DNA of 64,000 nucleotides from a virus (IMGVR_UViG_3300038393_001851:2145-66144), one strand, 5' to 3'; counted from the stretch's first letter, positions 1 through 9,913 are shown. Translations and numbers: made by a program. The notes: generated by a model not told the origin, from the sequence alone.

Positions 1-1428
1 GAGCAGCCCGGTGCGGTATTCGACGCGCAGGGTGGGCGGCTTGCCGGGCTTGGCGTGGCGTGTGTAGCGCGCGCCAGTGACGTTGTAGACGGTCGGCTCG
101 ACCTGTGACGCGAGCAGCGCGCCGCTGCCGGCTTCGCGCCCATGCTTGAGCAGCACCGGCCATTCGTACCCACACTCGGGGCAGGTCATGACACTGGTGT
201 GGAGCAGCGAGTGACAGGTCGGGCACTCCTTGGCGGGCGCGATCGAGACCTCATCGCCCTTGCCCTTGGACTTGTGGTTGATGTGGATGCTGTCGATCGG
301 GCCGTGGGTCTCGACGTTGCCGGCAAAGTCGAGCACCAGGCAGTTCGGTTTCGGCCCCTCCGCAATGGCGGCGCGGCGGCCGGCGCGCGTTTCCAGGTCG
401 TGGCCAGGCGCGTACACCGGGCGCAGGCCGCGCCCCAGGATCTGCACGTACAGGCCCACCGAGTCGGTCGGGCGCAGCATGGCGATCAGGTCCACGCCGG
501 GGTGGTCAAAGCCGGTTGTGAGCACGTCCGCGTTGGTCAAGGCGCGCAGACGTCCGGCCTTGAACTCGGCCAGCAGGCGGGCGCGCTCGATAGCGGGCGT
601 GTCGCCGCACACCATCGCCGCCTCGATGCCGTAGTGGTTCAGGCAGTCGGCAACGTGCTGGGCGTGTTCGACCCCGCTGCAGAACACCAGCCAGCTTTTG
701 CGGTTCTGGCCGTAGCCGATCATTTCCTCGACCGCGCCGGTGATCAGCTCCACCTTGTCCATGCGCGCGGCCAGCTCAGCGGGGATGAAGTCGCCGGCCC
801 GCCGGTGCAGGCCGGACAGGTTGGCACGCGTGAGGCCGCGCTTGCTGATCAGGGTGGACAGGTAGCCCTGGTCGATCAGGTCCCCGACGTTGGCGCTGTA
901 CGCGAAGTCGGTGAAAATCGCGTCGTCGCCATGGGTCAGCAGGCCCGAGTCGAGCCGGTACGGCGTGGCCGACAGGCCAATCACCTTCAGCTTGGGGTTG
1001 TACTCTTTGAGCGCGTACAGAAAGCGCCGGTACATCGTGCCCGCGTTGCGTGATAGCAGATGGCACTCGTCGATGATAACGATGTCGCACGGTGAAAACT
1101 GGCCGGCGCGCTGGTGGACCGAGGCGATGCCGGCCACCGTGACCTGGGCCACCTCGCGGCGCTTCAACCCGGCAGACCAGATCCCGACCGGCGCCTGCGG
1201 CCAAAAGCGCAGGATCGCCGCGGCGTCCTGCTCGATCAGCTCCTTTACGTGGGTCAGCACGATGATGCGGGTGGCCGGGTAGTCGGCTAACGCACGCGCG
1301 ATGAAGCCGGCCAGGATCACGCTTTTGCCCGATCCAGTCGGAGTATCAACGATGGGGTTGCCGTCCTTCTCCGCGAAATAGGCGTACAGGGCCTCGATCG
1401 CCTCCGACTGGTACGGGCGCAGCTTCAA
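1..1428 (-). CDS. SF2 DEAD/DEAH-like helicase (YejH/RadD-like) with Zn finger; runs off window edge
   Basis: Not in ORF track; read manually from TTG at 1428: LRPYQ Q-motif, PTGSGKS Walker A, IIDECH, LYVQILGRGLR motif VI, CxxC...CPEC. Confidence 0.9.
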   Translation of the reverse strand, partial: MKLRPYQSEAIEALYAYFAEKDGNPIVDTPTGSGKSVILAGFIARALADYPATRIIVLTHVKELIEQDAAAILRFWPQAPVGIWSAGLKRREVAQVTVAGIASVHQRAGQFSPCDIVIIDECHLLSRNAGTMYRRFLYALKEYNPKLKVIGLSATPYRLDSGLLTHGDDAIFTDFAYSANVGDLIDQGYLSTLISKRGLTRANLSGLHRRAGDFIPAELAARMDKVELITGAVEEMIGYGQNRKSWLVFCSGVEHAQHVADCLNHYGIEAAMVCGDTPAIERARLLAEFKAGRLRALTNADVLTTGFDHPGVDLIAMLRPTDSVGLYVQILGRGLRPVYAPGHDLETRAGRRAAIAEGPKPNCLVLDFAGNVETHGPIDSIHINHKSKGKGDEVSIAPAKECPTCHSLLHTSVMTCPECGYEWPVLLKHGREAGSGALLASQVEPTVYNVTGARYTRHAKPGKPPTLRVEYRTGLL

Positions 1429-1667
1429 GATTTGTACAGGTACTTGCGCAGTTGTTCGATCGTGAGGCCGGTCACGTCGTACATGCGCAGCAGGTGTCCG
1501 CTGTTGACCGGAGTTCGTCCGTGGCGCATCTTGGAGATCTGCGGGGGCGCCATGCCCAGCTTCTCGGCCAGCACCGAGTCCTTATGCAGGCCCAGATGGG
1601 CCAGCAGGGCGTCAATCAGGTTGGCCGGATGCTGCTGCGGTTCGTTTTTGTCGCGCATAGGTTTCAT
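1425..1667 (-). CDS. Small HTH DNA-binding protein
   Basis: LIDALL..L....DSVLAEKLGMAPPQISKMRH..TPV...LLRM pattern, resembles a small HTH family common in Oxalobacteraceae; start uncertain. Confidence 0.7.
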   Translation of the reverse strand: MKPMRDKNEPQQHPANLIDALLAHLGLHKDSVLAEKLGMAPPQISKMRHGRTPVNSGHLLRMYDVTGLTIEQLRKYLYKS

Positions 1668-1692
1668 AGGGGCTTTCGGAGTTCGAAGGGGA

Positions 1693-2076
1693 TTAGAAAT
1701 GGCGGCTCTTGTAGGCCTTGTGGTCGTTCGAGCCTTCACGCATGCCGTAGCTGGATGGCTTGTAGGTCAGGGGCCTGAACGGCGGCGGTGTGCGGGGCGT
1801 GGCGACGCGCGACGGGTCGATTGCGGGAATGGTGCCGGTCTGCGCGCACTGGTCCATGTGCCGGGTGGCCGCCAGCGTCAGCAGGTAAAGCCCGCCCGGC
1901 TCATGGAGGACGATGCAGCCCTGGTCCTGCAGCGAAACCAGGACTGCGGCGATCGTGCGCTCATTGTTGAAACGGGCCGGCAGCGCGGCATGCACGCCAG
2001 CCCCTGTCAGCGGGCCGTATTCGTACAGCGCCTGACAGATCGCATAACCGCATGAATGATTGGTCGGGAATTTCAT
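1693..2076 (-). CDS. Hypothetical protein, possible winged helix
   Basis: ATG overlaps stop of upstream exonuclease (ATGA); fits operon packing. Confidence 0.6.
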   Translation of the reverse strand: MKFPTNHSCGYAICQALYEYGPLTGAGVHAALPARFNNERTIAAVLVSLQDQGCIVLHEPGGLYLLTLAATRHMDQCAQTGTIPAIDPSRVATPRTPPPFRPLTYKPSSYGMREGSNDHKAYKSRHF

Positions 2077-3161
2077 GGTTTGATCCTCGCGTTGAATTCG
2101 CGGCGTACCGCGTCGGTCCAGTCGTCGGTGATGACATCGGCGCGCGCCGCGCAAATCTCGGCGCTCTGGTAGATCACCGGCTCGCCACAGGCGGCCAGCA
2201 CCTCGGGGGCGATCACGCTGTTGGCGGTGGCGATCATGAATACCTTGTTGGTGGTCCGGTGGCGCATCAAGATCCACTCATCGCCCGCATCCAGCGGCTC
2301 GGCGTACTGCACCAGCGGCGGCAGCGGCAGGTGGCTTTCGCAGCCCTTGAATTGCTGCTCGTGGGTCGGCTGGATCTGGTAGCGCGCGCACTCCCAGGCG
2401 CCGTCGCCGGTCTTGACCGGGCTGGCGTGGACGCAGGTGCGGCACGACTTGCGCGGTACGCGGTCGCCGTGGCACACGGCGTGGTGGTCGCACATTTTGC
2501 ATTTGTAGAAAGCCGGATCGTCGGACAGGCGCGGCGGGGGCAGGGCGGCGAAGATGATCCGCTCGGCCTTCGTGCGCAGGCGGTCGAACAGGACCGGATC
2601 GTTTTCAATGTGCTCGGCGTACAGCTCGTCGGTGTCCTTGTTGCGCGCCAGGTAGAGCGCATGCGAGACCTTGGCCCATGCCATGTAGACCTGCATCTGC
2701 GCGTAATGCAGTGGCTTGGACAGCCGCACGCCCAGCCGCTTCAGCTCCGCGAAGCTCTTGGCGCTGTGGGTCTTGAACTCAAGGACGTGGCGCATGCGCT
2801 GGCCGTTGGGCAGGTTGTGCGCCAGGCCGTCCGTGCTGCCCCGGAAGTGGCCCCACAGGTCGCTGTAGGCGAACTGGCGCCCGGTCGCCGGGTCGCGCTC
2901 ATAGACGGTGGCGCCGATGTCGCGCAGGTCGCGGATCAGACGCGGCTCCTCGAGGTGGCCGGTCTGGAACAGGCGGTACATGCGCCCGTCGAATTCCGGC
3001 AGCGTGGCCCAGCGCATGCCATACCACAGCTTGCGCTCGCACTCGTCGCCGATCACCGAGGCGCCGAGGTAGGCGCGCGGCAGCTCGGCCTCGCCGCGCT
3101 CGCGGTACGCCTCGTAGATCGCCTCGACCACATCGTGGTCAACTTGGGGCAGGGCAGGCAT
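2073..3161 (-). CDS. Cas4-like / YqaJ-type PD-(D/E)xK exonuclease with Cys clusters
   Basis: LGASVIGDECERKLWY, GSTDG...LEFKT, HYAQMQVYM, CKMCDHHAVC, CRTC. Confidence 0.85.
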   Translation of the reverse strand: MPALPQVDHDVVEAIYEAYRERGEAELPRAYLGASVIGDECERKLWYGMRWATLPEFDGRMYRLFQTGHLEEPRLIRDLRDIGATVYERDPATGRQFAYSDLWGHFRGSTDGLAHNLPNGQRMRHVLEFKTHSAKSFAELKRLGVRLSKPLHYAQMQVYMAWAKVSHALYLARNKDTDELYAEHIENDPVLFDRLRTKAERIIFAALPPPRLSDDPAFYKCKMCDHHAVCHGDRVPRKSCRTCVHASPVKTGDGAWECARYQIQPTHEQQFKGCESHLPLPPLVQYAEPLDAGDEWILMRHRTTNKVFMIATANSVIAPEVLAACGEPVIYQSAEICAARADVITDDWTDAVRREFNARIKP

Positions 3162-3520
3162 TACTCGGCCTCCTGCAGGCGAAGCGCCTCGATGGCTTCG
3201 ATGAATCTGCGCCAGTCGGGCCGTCGATACTCCCAAAAGTTGAGGTAGGCCGGGTGGTTGATCGCAAAGACGCGGCCCAGGTCGGTCGAGTGGTGGTCGT
3301 TGATTTTGAAAGAGCACTGACCGCGCTCGCGGTGGCGTGTGTAATGACGGATTTCTTCGAGGATGGTGCGTGCGGAGAAATGGGTCCACCCGGCGCCAAT
3401 CAAATCCTTGGTCTGTTGCTCGAACTGGCGATAGATCGCCTCATTCATCTCGAGCCATGCCAAAAAGCCAGGGCGGAAATAGGTCTCGAAGGGTGCGACG
3501 GACTCGGTGAGTGCGCTCAT
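3161..3520 (-). CDS. Conserved phage hypothetical protein
   Basis: Clean ORF abutting exonuclease; FSARTILEEIR..T...FKINDH pattern. Confidence 0.7.
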   Translation of the reverse strand: MSALTESVAPFETYFRPGFLAWLEMNEAIYRQFEQQTKDLIGAGWTHFSARTILEEIRHYTRHRERGQCSFKINDHHSTDLGRVFAINHPAYLNFWEYRRPDWRRFIEAIEALRLQEAE

Positions 3521-3676
3521 TGGATGATCCTGTACTATGTTGTACAGCCTTATATTGTTCGGGGCCGCTTACGGCGGCCAGTCGGCGCAATCACCCCTGG
3601 AAAGGTCAAACCCATAAGGAGACAGGGGCTTGCGCTGCGGTCGATTTGGCCCTCGCGCCGCTGGGGCGTCCGGCGA

Positions 3677-4126
3677 TTATTTCGACCAGGGCGCGCTTTT
3701 TGCGGCCGGCGCAGGCGCGGCGGCGGCCGGCACGGCGCCCACCGGGTAGTAGCCGGTGATCCGGTTGCGGTCCTTGCCCTGCTTGTCCTTCTCGATGTCG
3801 ACCGCGACCAGGAACGGCTTGCCCAGCAGTTCGGACGATTGCTTCGGGGTCGGCACACCGACTGCCAGGCACAATGCGGCCAGCTCGCGCTGGGCCGGCG
3901 GGCGCGCGGCCTCGTTCTCGTGCCACAGGTTCAGGTACACCCACAGCTTTTTGCCGCTGTAGCCCTCGGTCAGGACGTCGAGCACGAACATCAAGTAACT
4001 GCCGCGCTTTTGCGAGTTCTCTTTTTCCTCCTCCTGCGTGGCCATCACGGTGTACACACCGGGGGGCAGGACTTCGAAGGACGATTCGGGGACTTCATTG
4101 GCGTTAAAGCCGGCGAGATTGGCCAT
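3677..4126 (-). CDS. DUF669-like single-stranded DNA-binding protein
   Basis: FEVLPPGVY N-terminus, Ala/Pro tail ending PW; follows AAA_24 ATPase. Confidence 0.8.
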   Translation of the reverse strand: MANLAGFNANEVPESSFEVLPPGVYTVMATQEEEKENSQKRGSYLMFVLDVLTEGYSGKKLWVYLNLWHENEAARPPAQRELAALCLAVGVPTPKQSSELLGKPFLVAVDIEKDKQGKDRNRITGYYPVGAVPAAAAPAPAAKSAPWSK

Positions 4127-4141
4127 GTTTGTCTTCCTTGG

Positions 4142-4888
4142 TTATGCCTGCTTGCAGGCGGCGAGATAAGCGGTGTAGAAGGCGTCCCACGACAGCTTCA
4201 TGGTGGGCGGCAGGGCGTAGCGGTTCTTGGCCTTGTAGGCGGCCGTCTCCTCGGTGTGGATCAGGCGCTCGCCGGTCGAGATACCGCGCACGTTCTTCTT
4301 GTTGAAGCCGGCGTCCTCTTTCTTGATGAGGGTCTGGTAGTTGCAGAACAGGACCGCATCGGCCCACTCCTGCACCAGCGCGCTCGACTTCTTGTTCATC
4401 TTCGGCTGGTAGCGGTCGTACGCTTCGGTGTCGGGGGCGTCGAAGCGCGCGATCTCCGAGTGCGCGATCAGGATCACGTTCATGCCCCGGTCGTCGCGCA
4501 GCGCCTTGAACCCGTCGAGCAGCATCGCCCACTTCTGATGCAGGATCAGGGCGTTCTTGCCGTAGGCCAGATCCTGGGCCGAATACTCCTTGTTGATCTC
4601 GTCCGTCAGGAAGTTGTCGAGCCAGTCGGCCGAGTCGAGCACGCAGGTCTTGTAGTCGTGCTTGTCGCTGTACAGCGTGCCGAGCGCTTCGATCACATCG
4701 GCGCTGGTTTTCGCCAGCGGGAACTTGGCCACATCGAGGGAGCCCAAGCCGTCCTCGGTCTGGATGAACACCGGGTTGGGGGCGTCGGCGCCAAAGGTGG
4801 ACTTGCCGATGCCATGCACGCCATACAGCAGGATCAGGGGCGGCTTGGGCTGTTTGCCCTTCTGGATGCTGGACAGGTCGAAGGCCAT
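4142..4888 (-). CDS. AAA_24 / Sak4-like recombination ATPase
   Basis: LYGVHGIGKST Walker A, VLDSADW Walker B, ILIAH, EWADAVLF. Confidence 0.88.
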   Translation of the reverse strand: MAFDLSSIQKGKQPKPPLILLYGVHGIGKSTFGADAPNPVFIQTEDGLGSLDVAKFPLAKTSADVIEALGTLYSDKHDYKTCVLDSADWLDNFLTDEINKEYSAQDLAYGKNALILHQKWAMLLDGFKALRDDRGMNVILIAHSEIARFDAPDTEAYDRYQPKMNKKSSALVQEWADAVLFCNYQTLIKKEDAGFNKKNVRGISTGERLIHTEETAAYKAKNRYALPPTMKLSWDAFYTAYLAACKQA

Positions 4889-4889
4889 A

Positions 4890-5108
4890 TCAGCGTCCCT
4901 CCGGCAGCAGGATGCTGGGGCGCTGCTCGGCCTCTTCGGCCAGGCGGTCCTCTTCGGCCAGGCGGTCGGAGCTGTTGCGCACCAGGTTCCAGCAGTAGGC
5001 GATCAGCGCGTGCGGGATTTGGGTTTCGTCGTAATCGCCGCCGCTAAACGCGACTTCCATCTGCAGCCGGTCGTCGTTGTGGCGAATGGTTATGCTTGCA
5101 TCGCTCAA
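4890..5108 (-). CDS. Hypothetical protein
   Basis: AGGAG RBS upstream; operon packing. Confidence 0.6.
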   Translation of the reverse strand: MSDASITIRHNDDRLQMEVAFSGGDYDETQIPHALIAYCWNLVRNSSDRLAEEDRLAEEAEQRPSILLPEGR

Positions 5109-5138
5109 GGCATGCTCCTTCGGGGGTGGAAAAGCGGA

Positions 5139-5525
5139 CTACTCGCCCAGCAAGGTGATCTCGATGCTCGGCTTGGTGATCGTGCGCGTCAGCGCGGGCG
5201 CCAGCGCCGCGTAGATCGCGGGGCGGTTTTCGCGCAGCCAGCGCAGGCCAGCGGGATCAGGCTCGCGGCGGGTCTTGACGGGCTGCAGATGGGAGGGGAT
5301 CTGGTTGGCGAGGCGGTCGTACTCGGCCCAGTCGAACTTGTAGGTCTCGTTGACCTTGACGACGATCTTGGCGTCGGCCGCGGTGACGGTCATTTGGCCG
5401 GTCTCGCGGGTGCCGGTGATGTCGACGATTGCTTGTTCGATCGCCAGCCGGCGGGCCTTGGCGGTGTTTTCGGCTTGCTTGGCTTCCAGCCATTGGGCAG
5501 AGAGTTCGCGCAGTTCGCTAGTCAT
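5139..5525 (-). CDS. Phage hypothetical protein, first gene of leftward operon
   Basis: W..AK..E..A...R..IE coiled-coil start typical of genes preceding Sak4. Confidence 0.7.
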   Translation of the reverse strand: MTSELRELSAQWLEAKQAENTAKARRLAIEQAIVDITGTRETGQMTVTAADAKIVVKVNETYKFDWAEYDRLANQIPSHLQPVKTRREPDPAGLRWLRENRPAIYAALAPALTRTITKPSIEITLLGE

Positions 5526-5557
5526 GATCGGCCACTGAGATTCAAGAGAGAAACTTG

Positions 5558-5599
5558 ATTCTAGTAGTCAAAAATGACGATGACAAGCAATCGTTGTCA
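5558..5599 (-). promoter_or_regulatory. PL-like sigma70 promoter overlapped by 19-bp operator
   Basis: TTGTCA(5586-5581)-17 nt-TAGAAT(5563-5558); operator TGACAAGCAATCGTTGTCA 5581-5599. Confidence 0.75.
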
Positions 5600-5666
5600 C
5601 TTCGCACGAAAATAATTTTCTTGCGGGATAAAGCCAGTCGGGTGTATTTGCGCGCGCGGGCGCGGG

Positions 5667-5692
5667 AAAACCTATCAGACTTGACAGGTTTT
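5667..5692 (-). terminator. Intrinsic terminator after cI
   Basis: Minus strand ACCTGTCA-AGTC-TGATAGGT stem then short T run. Confidence 0.5.
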
Positions 5693-5700
5693 ATGCCCCC

Positions 5701-6321
5701 TTACAGCAGCGTGCGACGGACGATCTCGCGGACTCGTCCGACAATCTTCACGCCAGGTCCGAACGGCAGGGCCGGGATGGTGAGGATTTCGGTTGTGAAC
5801 CAGGCAGCGGCGCCATCGATAGTGCATTGGCGCAGCACTGGTTCCTTGGAGTCTGGAGGAATGAGATAGTAAATCCCGTTGGGAATGAGACGCTGGTCAC
5901 GCTCGACGATCACGATGTCGCCTGGCGCGCAGGTTGAGTGCAGCAGATCGCTGTTGACCATGACGGCAGCGGCCGTGCCTGGGGCGAAATCCTGACTCGT
6001 CTGCACTGCGGTGGTCGCCTCCTTGAAATCCCATTTGGCCAACGCGGCGAGGGGTAACAGAGGGACGGTAGCAATCTCGTACGTGGAACGGACGCGGGGG
6101 GTATCGACTGTCCCCTGCAGGAAATCGAGTGGGACGTCATAGAACTCAGCAAGTTTAACCATGACGTTCAATTCCGGCATGTTCTTGCCAAGCTCCCAAA
6201 GGCTCAATGCCGACTGTGAGAAACCAAGCAATTTGGCAGCTGCCCGCTGACTTAGCTTTGGCACCTTACTCTCGCGCACCTCTCGCAGGCGGCGAGCGAA
6301 GATCTCCCGATGGTCGCTCAT
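5701..6321 (-). CDS. cI: CI-like repressor (XRE HTH + degenerate S24 domain)
   Basis: LSQRAAAKLLGFSQSALSLWELGKNMP HTH; PGDIVIVE and IVGRV S24-like segments; divergent from cro. Confidence 0.85.
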   Translation of the reverse strand: MSDHREIFARRLREVRESKVPKLSQRAAAKLLGFSQSALSLWELGKNMPELNVMVKLAEFYDVPLDFLQGTVDTPRVRSTYEIATVPLLPLAALAKWDFKEATTAVQTSQDFAPGTAAAVMVNSDLLHSTCAPGDIVIVERDQRLIPNGIYYLIPPDSKEPVLRQCTIDGAAAWFTTEILTIPALPFGPGVKIVGRVREIVRRTLL

Positions 6322-6413
6322 AGGTTTCCTTTTAGTAAAACTTTCAAGATTATAGTCTGAAAAGCAATCGGCGTCTGCAAAAATCTGGCATTAGTTGTTT
6401 TTTTCCACTTGCT

Positions 6414-6469
6414 TTGATTCCGCGAAGAATTTGGCGTACAGTCGGCGGCCTGACAACGTTTGCTTTTCA
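6414..6469 (+). promoter_or_regulatory. PR-like promoter with downstream operator
   Basis: TTGATT(6414)-17-TACAGT(6437); operator-like TGACAACGTTTGCTTTTCA 6451-6469. Confidence 0.65.
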
Positions 6470-6483
6470 CTTGGAGGCTGAAG

Positions 6484-6726
6484 ATGACAGCGGTAAAAAA
6501 ACGTGATGCCAGTTCCCCGGCGGGAATGACGATCACGGGCGTCGTGGAGCTGGCCGGGGGGGTCGGCGCGGTGGCCGCCGCGTGCGGCGTGAGCCGCTCG
6601 GCGGTATCGCAGTGGGTGCGCGTACCGAAGCAGCATATCAGGACCGTGCGCGATCTGAGCGGCCTGCCGTTGAGCGTGCTGCGTCCTGACCTGTTCACGG
6701 TGCCAGCGTTCGGGGTGCCCGTATGA
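6484..6726 (+). CDS. cro: Cro/YdaS-like HTH regulator
   Basis: GGVGAVAAACGVSRSAVSQW..VP and LRPDLF motifs; GGAGG RBS. Confidence 0.82.
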   Translation: MTAVKKRDASSPAGMTITGVVELAGGVGAVAAACGVSRSAVSQWVRVPKQHIRTVRDLSGLPLSVLRPDLFTVPAFGVPV

Positions 6727-9224
6727 GCAGACCACCGTTCTCCTCACCGTTTGCGACGGCCAGCCAGCGGTATATCGACAACGGCCTGTCGGTAGTGCCG
6801 ATCGCACCAGGCACCAAGCGCCCCGGCGCCTACACCCACGGCGCTTGGCACGGCATGAGCAAGTGGAACGAGTATTTCGCACGCTACCCGGCGCCGTTTG
6901 AGCTGGACCTGTGGAACACGTATCCGGATGCCGGCATCGGCCTGTTGTGCGGGAAGCTGTCCAACGTGATCGCGGTCGACGTCGATACCGACGACCCGGC
7001 GCTGCTGCGCATGCTGGCCAACATCATGCCGCCTTCGCCGGTACGCAAGAAGGGCAAGAAGGGCTTCACGGCCTTCTATCGCTACGAGGAGATCCACAAG
7101 TCGCGCTCCTGGGACGTGCATTCGCAGCGCGTGCTGGATCTGCTGTCGGACGGGCGCCAGACCTGCATGCCGGGCACGCCGCATCCCGATGGCATGACCT
7201 ACGTGTACCTGACCGAGGACGCGCTGGACGACTTCGATATCGCGTTGCTGCCGCTGCTGCCGGCGGACTTCACGGAGCAGGTTGACCGCGTGCTGGCGCC
7301 GCTGCAGACCCCCGAGGACAAGGCTGCGCGCCGCGCCGCGCCCCTCGATCGCGCCGAGAAGCCGGGACAGGCCATCGTGCAGAGCATCGCGTCGGCCTTC
7401 TGGCGCGAGATCAACAACCAGGCGCTGCACCGTCTCGATGAATGGGTGCCGCTGATGATCCCCACAGCCAAGCCGGTCAACGGGGGCTATCGCTGCCGCG
7501 CGTTCTGGCGCGCCGCGCTGAACCCCAACGTCAGCATCCATCGCGACGGCATCCGCGATTGGGGGGGCAACGCGGGCCTGACGCCGATTGACCTGGTGAT
7601 GTACGCGACCAATGTGAACTTCAGCCAGGCGTCCGAGGCGCTGCGCAAGGTGCTGGGCATCGGCGGCGACCAGTTCAAGATGAGCCTGGGCGACGAGGCC
7701 GAACCGCCCCCGCTGCCGGGCCAGGAGACGGTGGACCTGAGCGCGCTGCTGCAAAGCCGACGCGTGCCGCCCCCGGCGCCGTTGGTGGCGCCGCGCGAGG
7801 AACCCAGCGAGGGCGCCCGCGCCATGCTGGCCGAGATCGAGGCGCAGGCCGCCGAGGAGGAGGCCGAGGCCGAGCGCAATGCGTACCGGCCGCCCGAATT
7901 CGTCACCAACGCGCCAGGCATGATCGGCAAGATCGCGGACTGGATCAACCTGACGGCCAAGAAGCCGCAGCCCGAGCTGTCGCTGGCCGCGGCGCTGGCC
8001 TTGGTGGCGACCGTGATGGGGCGGCGTTACCGCACCAATGACAACAACTGGTCCAGCCAGTACATCGTCATGATCGCCAAGTCGGGCGAGGGCAAGGACC
8101 ATCCGATGAAGTGCGTGCGCGCCTGCCTGGTCAAGGCCGGCCTGCTCGACCTGCTGGGCGGGGCCGGCTACACCAGCCAGGCCGGGGTGTTCACAGAACT
8201 GAACCGCGCCCCGTCGCACCTTGCGATCATCGACGAGATCGGCCAGATGCTCAAGATGTCGATGTCCAAGTCGGGCGCGTTCCTGACGACCGCGATTACC
8301 GAGCTGGTCAAGGCTTGGGGGGCATTGGACGGGCTGGTGGCGCCGCCGACCCGTTCGGCCAACGGCAAATCGGCCGACCAATTGAAGCTGGAGGCGCGGG
8401 GGCCGGTGTACAACCCGGCCATCACGATCCTGGGCGCGACCACGCCCGACGTGTTCTATTCGGCGCTGGCCGATGAGCATTTTGAGGGCGGTTTCCTGAG
8501 CCGCCTGATGATCGTGGAATCGCTGAAACCGAGGGCGCTGTCCGAATACCCCTCACGGCGCGAGCCGCCCAAGGAAGTCATCGACTGGTTGAAGGAGCTG
8601 GTCGAGGAGCACAAGGCGATCGGGAACCTGGGCGGCGAGATCCGCGCCGACATGGAAGCGGTGCCGGTCGAAATGTTCTTTGCCCCCGAGTGCAAGGCGA
8701 TGCAGGTCGAGTTTGAAACGGCGATCATCGCCAAGCAGAACTCGCTGGAGATGGAGGCCGAAGAATCGCTGTTGGCGCGTTCGGTGGAAAAGGCGCAGCG
8801 CATTGCCATGCTGGTGGCGAAAGCGACCAATTCGCCCCGCGACAACATCATTCGCACCGAGGCGATGGAATGGGCGATCCAGTACGTGAAGCACTACGAT
8901 TTTCTGATGGCCTCCAACGCCCAAAGCAAGCGCCCACAGACCAAATCCGAGGACGCCATCAAAAAGGCGCTGGGGTTCATCAAGCGCGCCCGCAAATACA
9001 ACGAAAAGCAGTACATCAAGATCACCAGGGCGGGCGGCATGCCGCACGCGATGCTGCTCCAGAAAATGAAGATGGACGCGCAGGAATTCGCCAGGGTGAT
9101 CACCACGGCGATGGAATCGGGCCGGATTCACCGCGCCGTGGGGTTCACCGCGCCCGGCTACATTTTCAACGGCATCGTGTATTACGCATCCCAGCCGCCG
9201 ACCAACGAGGGGGATGAGAAATGA
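6723..9224 (+). CDS. Bifunctional primase-polymerase (Prim-Pol) fused to DUF3987-like helicase
   Basis: VVPIAPGTKRP, GIGLLCG, IAVDVD, PGTPHPDG; C-terminal AKSGEGKD, IIDEIG, GFLSR. Confidence 0.87.
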   Translation: MSRPPFSSPFATASQRYIDNGLSVVPIAPGTKRPGAYTHGAWHGMSKWNEYFARYPAPFELDLWNTYPDAGIGLLCGKLSNVIAVDVDTDDPALLRMLANIMPPSPVRKKGKKGFTAFYRYEEIHKSRSWDVHSQRVLDLLSDGRQTCMPGTPHPDGMTYVYLTEDALDDFDIALLPLLPADFTEQVDRVLAPLQTPEDKAARRAAPLDRAEKPGQAIVQSIASAFWREINNQALHRLDEWVPLMIPTAKPVNGGYRCRAFWRAALNPNVSIHRDGIRDWGGNAGLTPIDLVMYATNVNFSQASEALRKVLGIGGDQFKMSLGDEAEPPPLPGQETVDLSALLQSRRVPPPAPLVAPREEPSEGARAMLAEIEAQAAEEEAEAERNAYRPPEFVTNAPGMIGKIADWINLTAKKPQPELSLAAALALVATVMGRRYRTNDNNWSSQYIVMIAKSGEGKDHPMKCVRACLVKAGLLDLLGGAGYTSQAGVFTELNRAPSHLAIIDEIGQMLKMSMSKSGAFLTTAITELVKAWGALDGLVAPPTRSANGKSADQLKLEARGPVYNPAITILGATTPDVFYSALADEHFEGGFLSRLMIVESLKPRALSEYPSRREPPKEVIDWLKELVEEHKAIGNLGGEIRADMEAVPVEMFFAPECKAMQVEFETAIIAKQNSLEMEAEESLLARSVEKAQRIAMLVAKATNSPRDNIIRTEAMEWAIQYVKHYDFLMASNAQSKRPQTKSEDAIKKALGFIKRARKYNEKQYIKITRAGGMPHAMLLQKMKMDAQEFARVITTAMESGRIHRAVGFTAPGYIFNGIVYYASQPPTNEGDEK

Positions 9225-9598
9225 TCGAAAAAAACGAGAAGGCCGCGCCGGCCCTGGTGACGGCGGCGGCGCGTGTGGCGGCCAGGCGTGCGCTGTTGCA
9301 GGCCCGCGCCGCGCAAGGGCTGGGACCGGCCCAGCCCCCCCGACGTGGCCGGCGCCGACGCCCTTGGGTCGAGCTGGTTGAACTTCCAAGTAAAATTTCG
9401 TAGGTGTGTTCCTACAGGGATGGGCGGCGCCATGGCCGCCCATCCGGGCCGGCGCGCGCCACGGCGCCAGGAGGGACGGGGTGTGCGCTGACCTGTTGCT
9501 GTCAGCAATATCCTACATTGTTAGGTTGTGCCGTTTGTTAAATGCTGGTATCGTTTTCGTTCGGTAGTTCAATAGCAAGAAGACAACGGGGGAGCGCC

Positions 9599-9913
9599 AT
9601 GCTGCTCGAAAAATTTCATTCCACGCTGCAATCGAGTGCCGATGCTTGCCTGAGCGCGATCGAGGACATCGAACAGGCCCGCGTCGAGTATGCGCGCCTG
9701 GGCAGCAGCACGACGGGCGAGGCGGCGCTGGTCATCCGTGCCGGCTGGGTGGGCGATTGCTTCCAGTGGACCATCCAAAACGTCAATGACGGGCGGCAGC
9801 TCGTGCTGAACCAAGAAGGCGAGCGCGAAGACAGCGCGTTCATTGCGAGCCGCCTCGCGGCCGTCCTGGGTGTGGCCTACCCGACCCTCCGTCTCACGCG
9901 CCTGCCGGGGTAA
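9599..9913 (+). CDS. Hypothetical protein
   Basis: GGGGAG RBS; upstream TTGTGC-17-TATCGT promoter at 9526-9554. Confidence 0.6.
   Translation: MLLEKFHSTLQSSADACLSAIEDIEQARVEYARLGSSTTGEAALVIRAGWVGDCFQWTIQNVNDGRQLVLNQEGEREDSAFIASRLAAVLGVAYPTLRLTRLPG

Noticed and set aside
142-1053. Plus-strand ORFs at window start
   Set aside because: Antisense shadows of the minus-strand helicase
2073-3161. Cas4-like nuclease as sign of a CRISPR system
   Set aside because: No repeat-spacer array or other cas genes; context is the Sak4/SSB recombination module
3530-3547. LexA SOS box
   Set aside because: CTGT-N10-ACAG rather than CTGT-N8-ACAG; kept as a separate motif family
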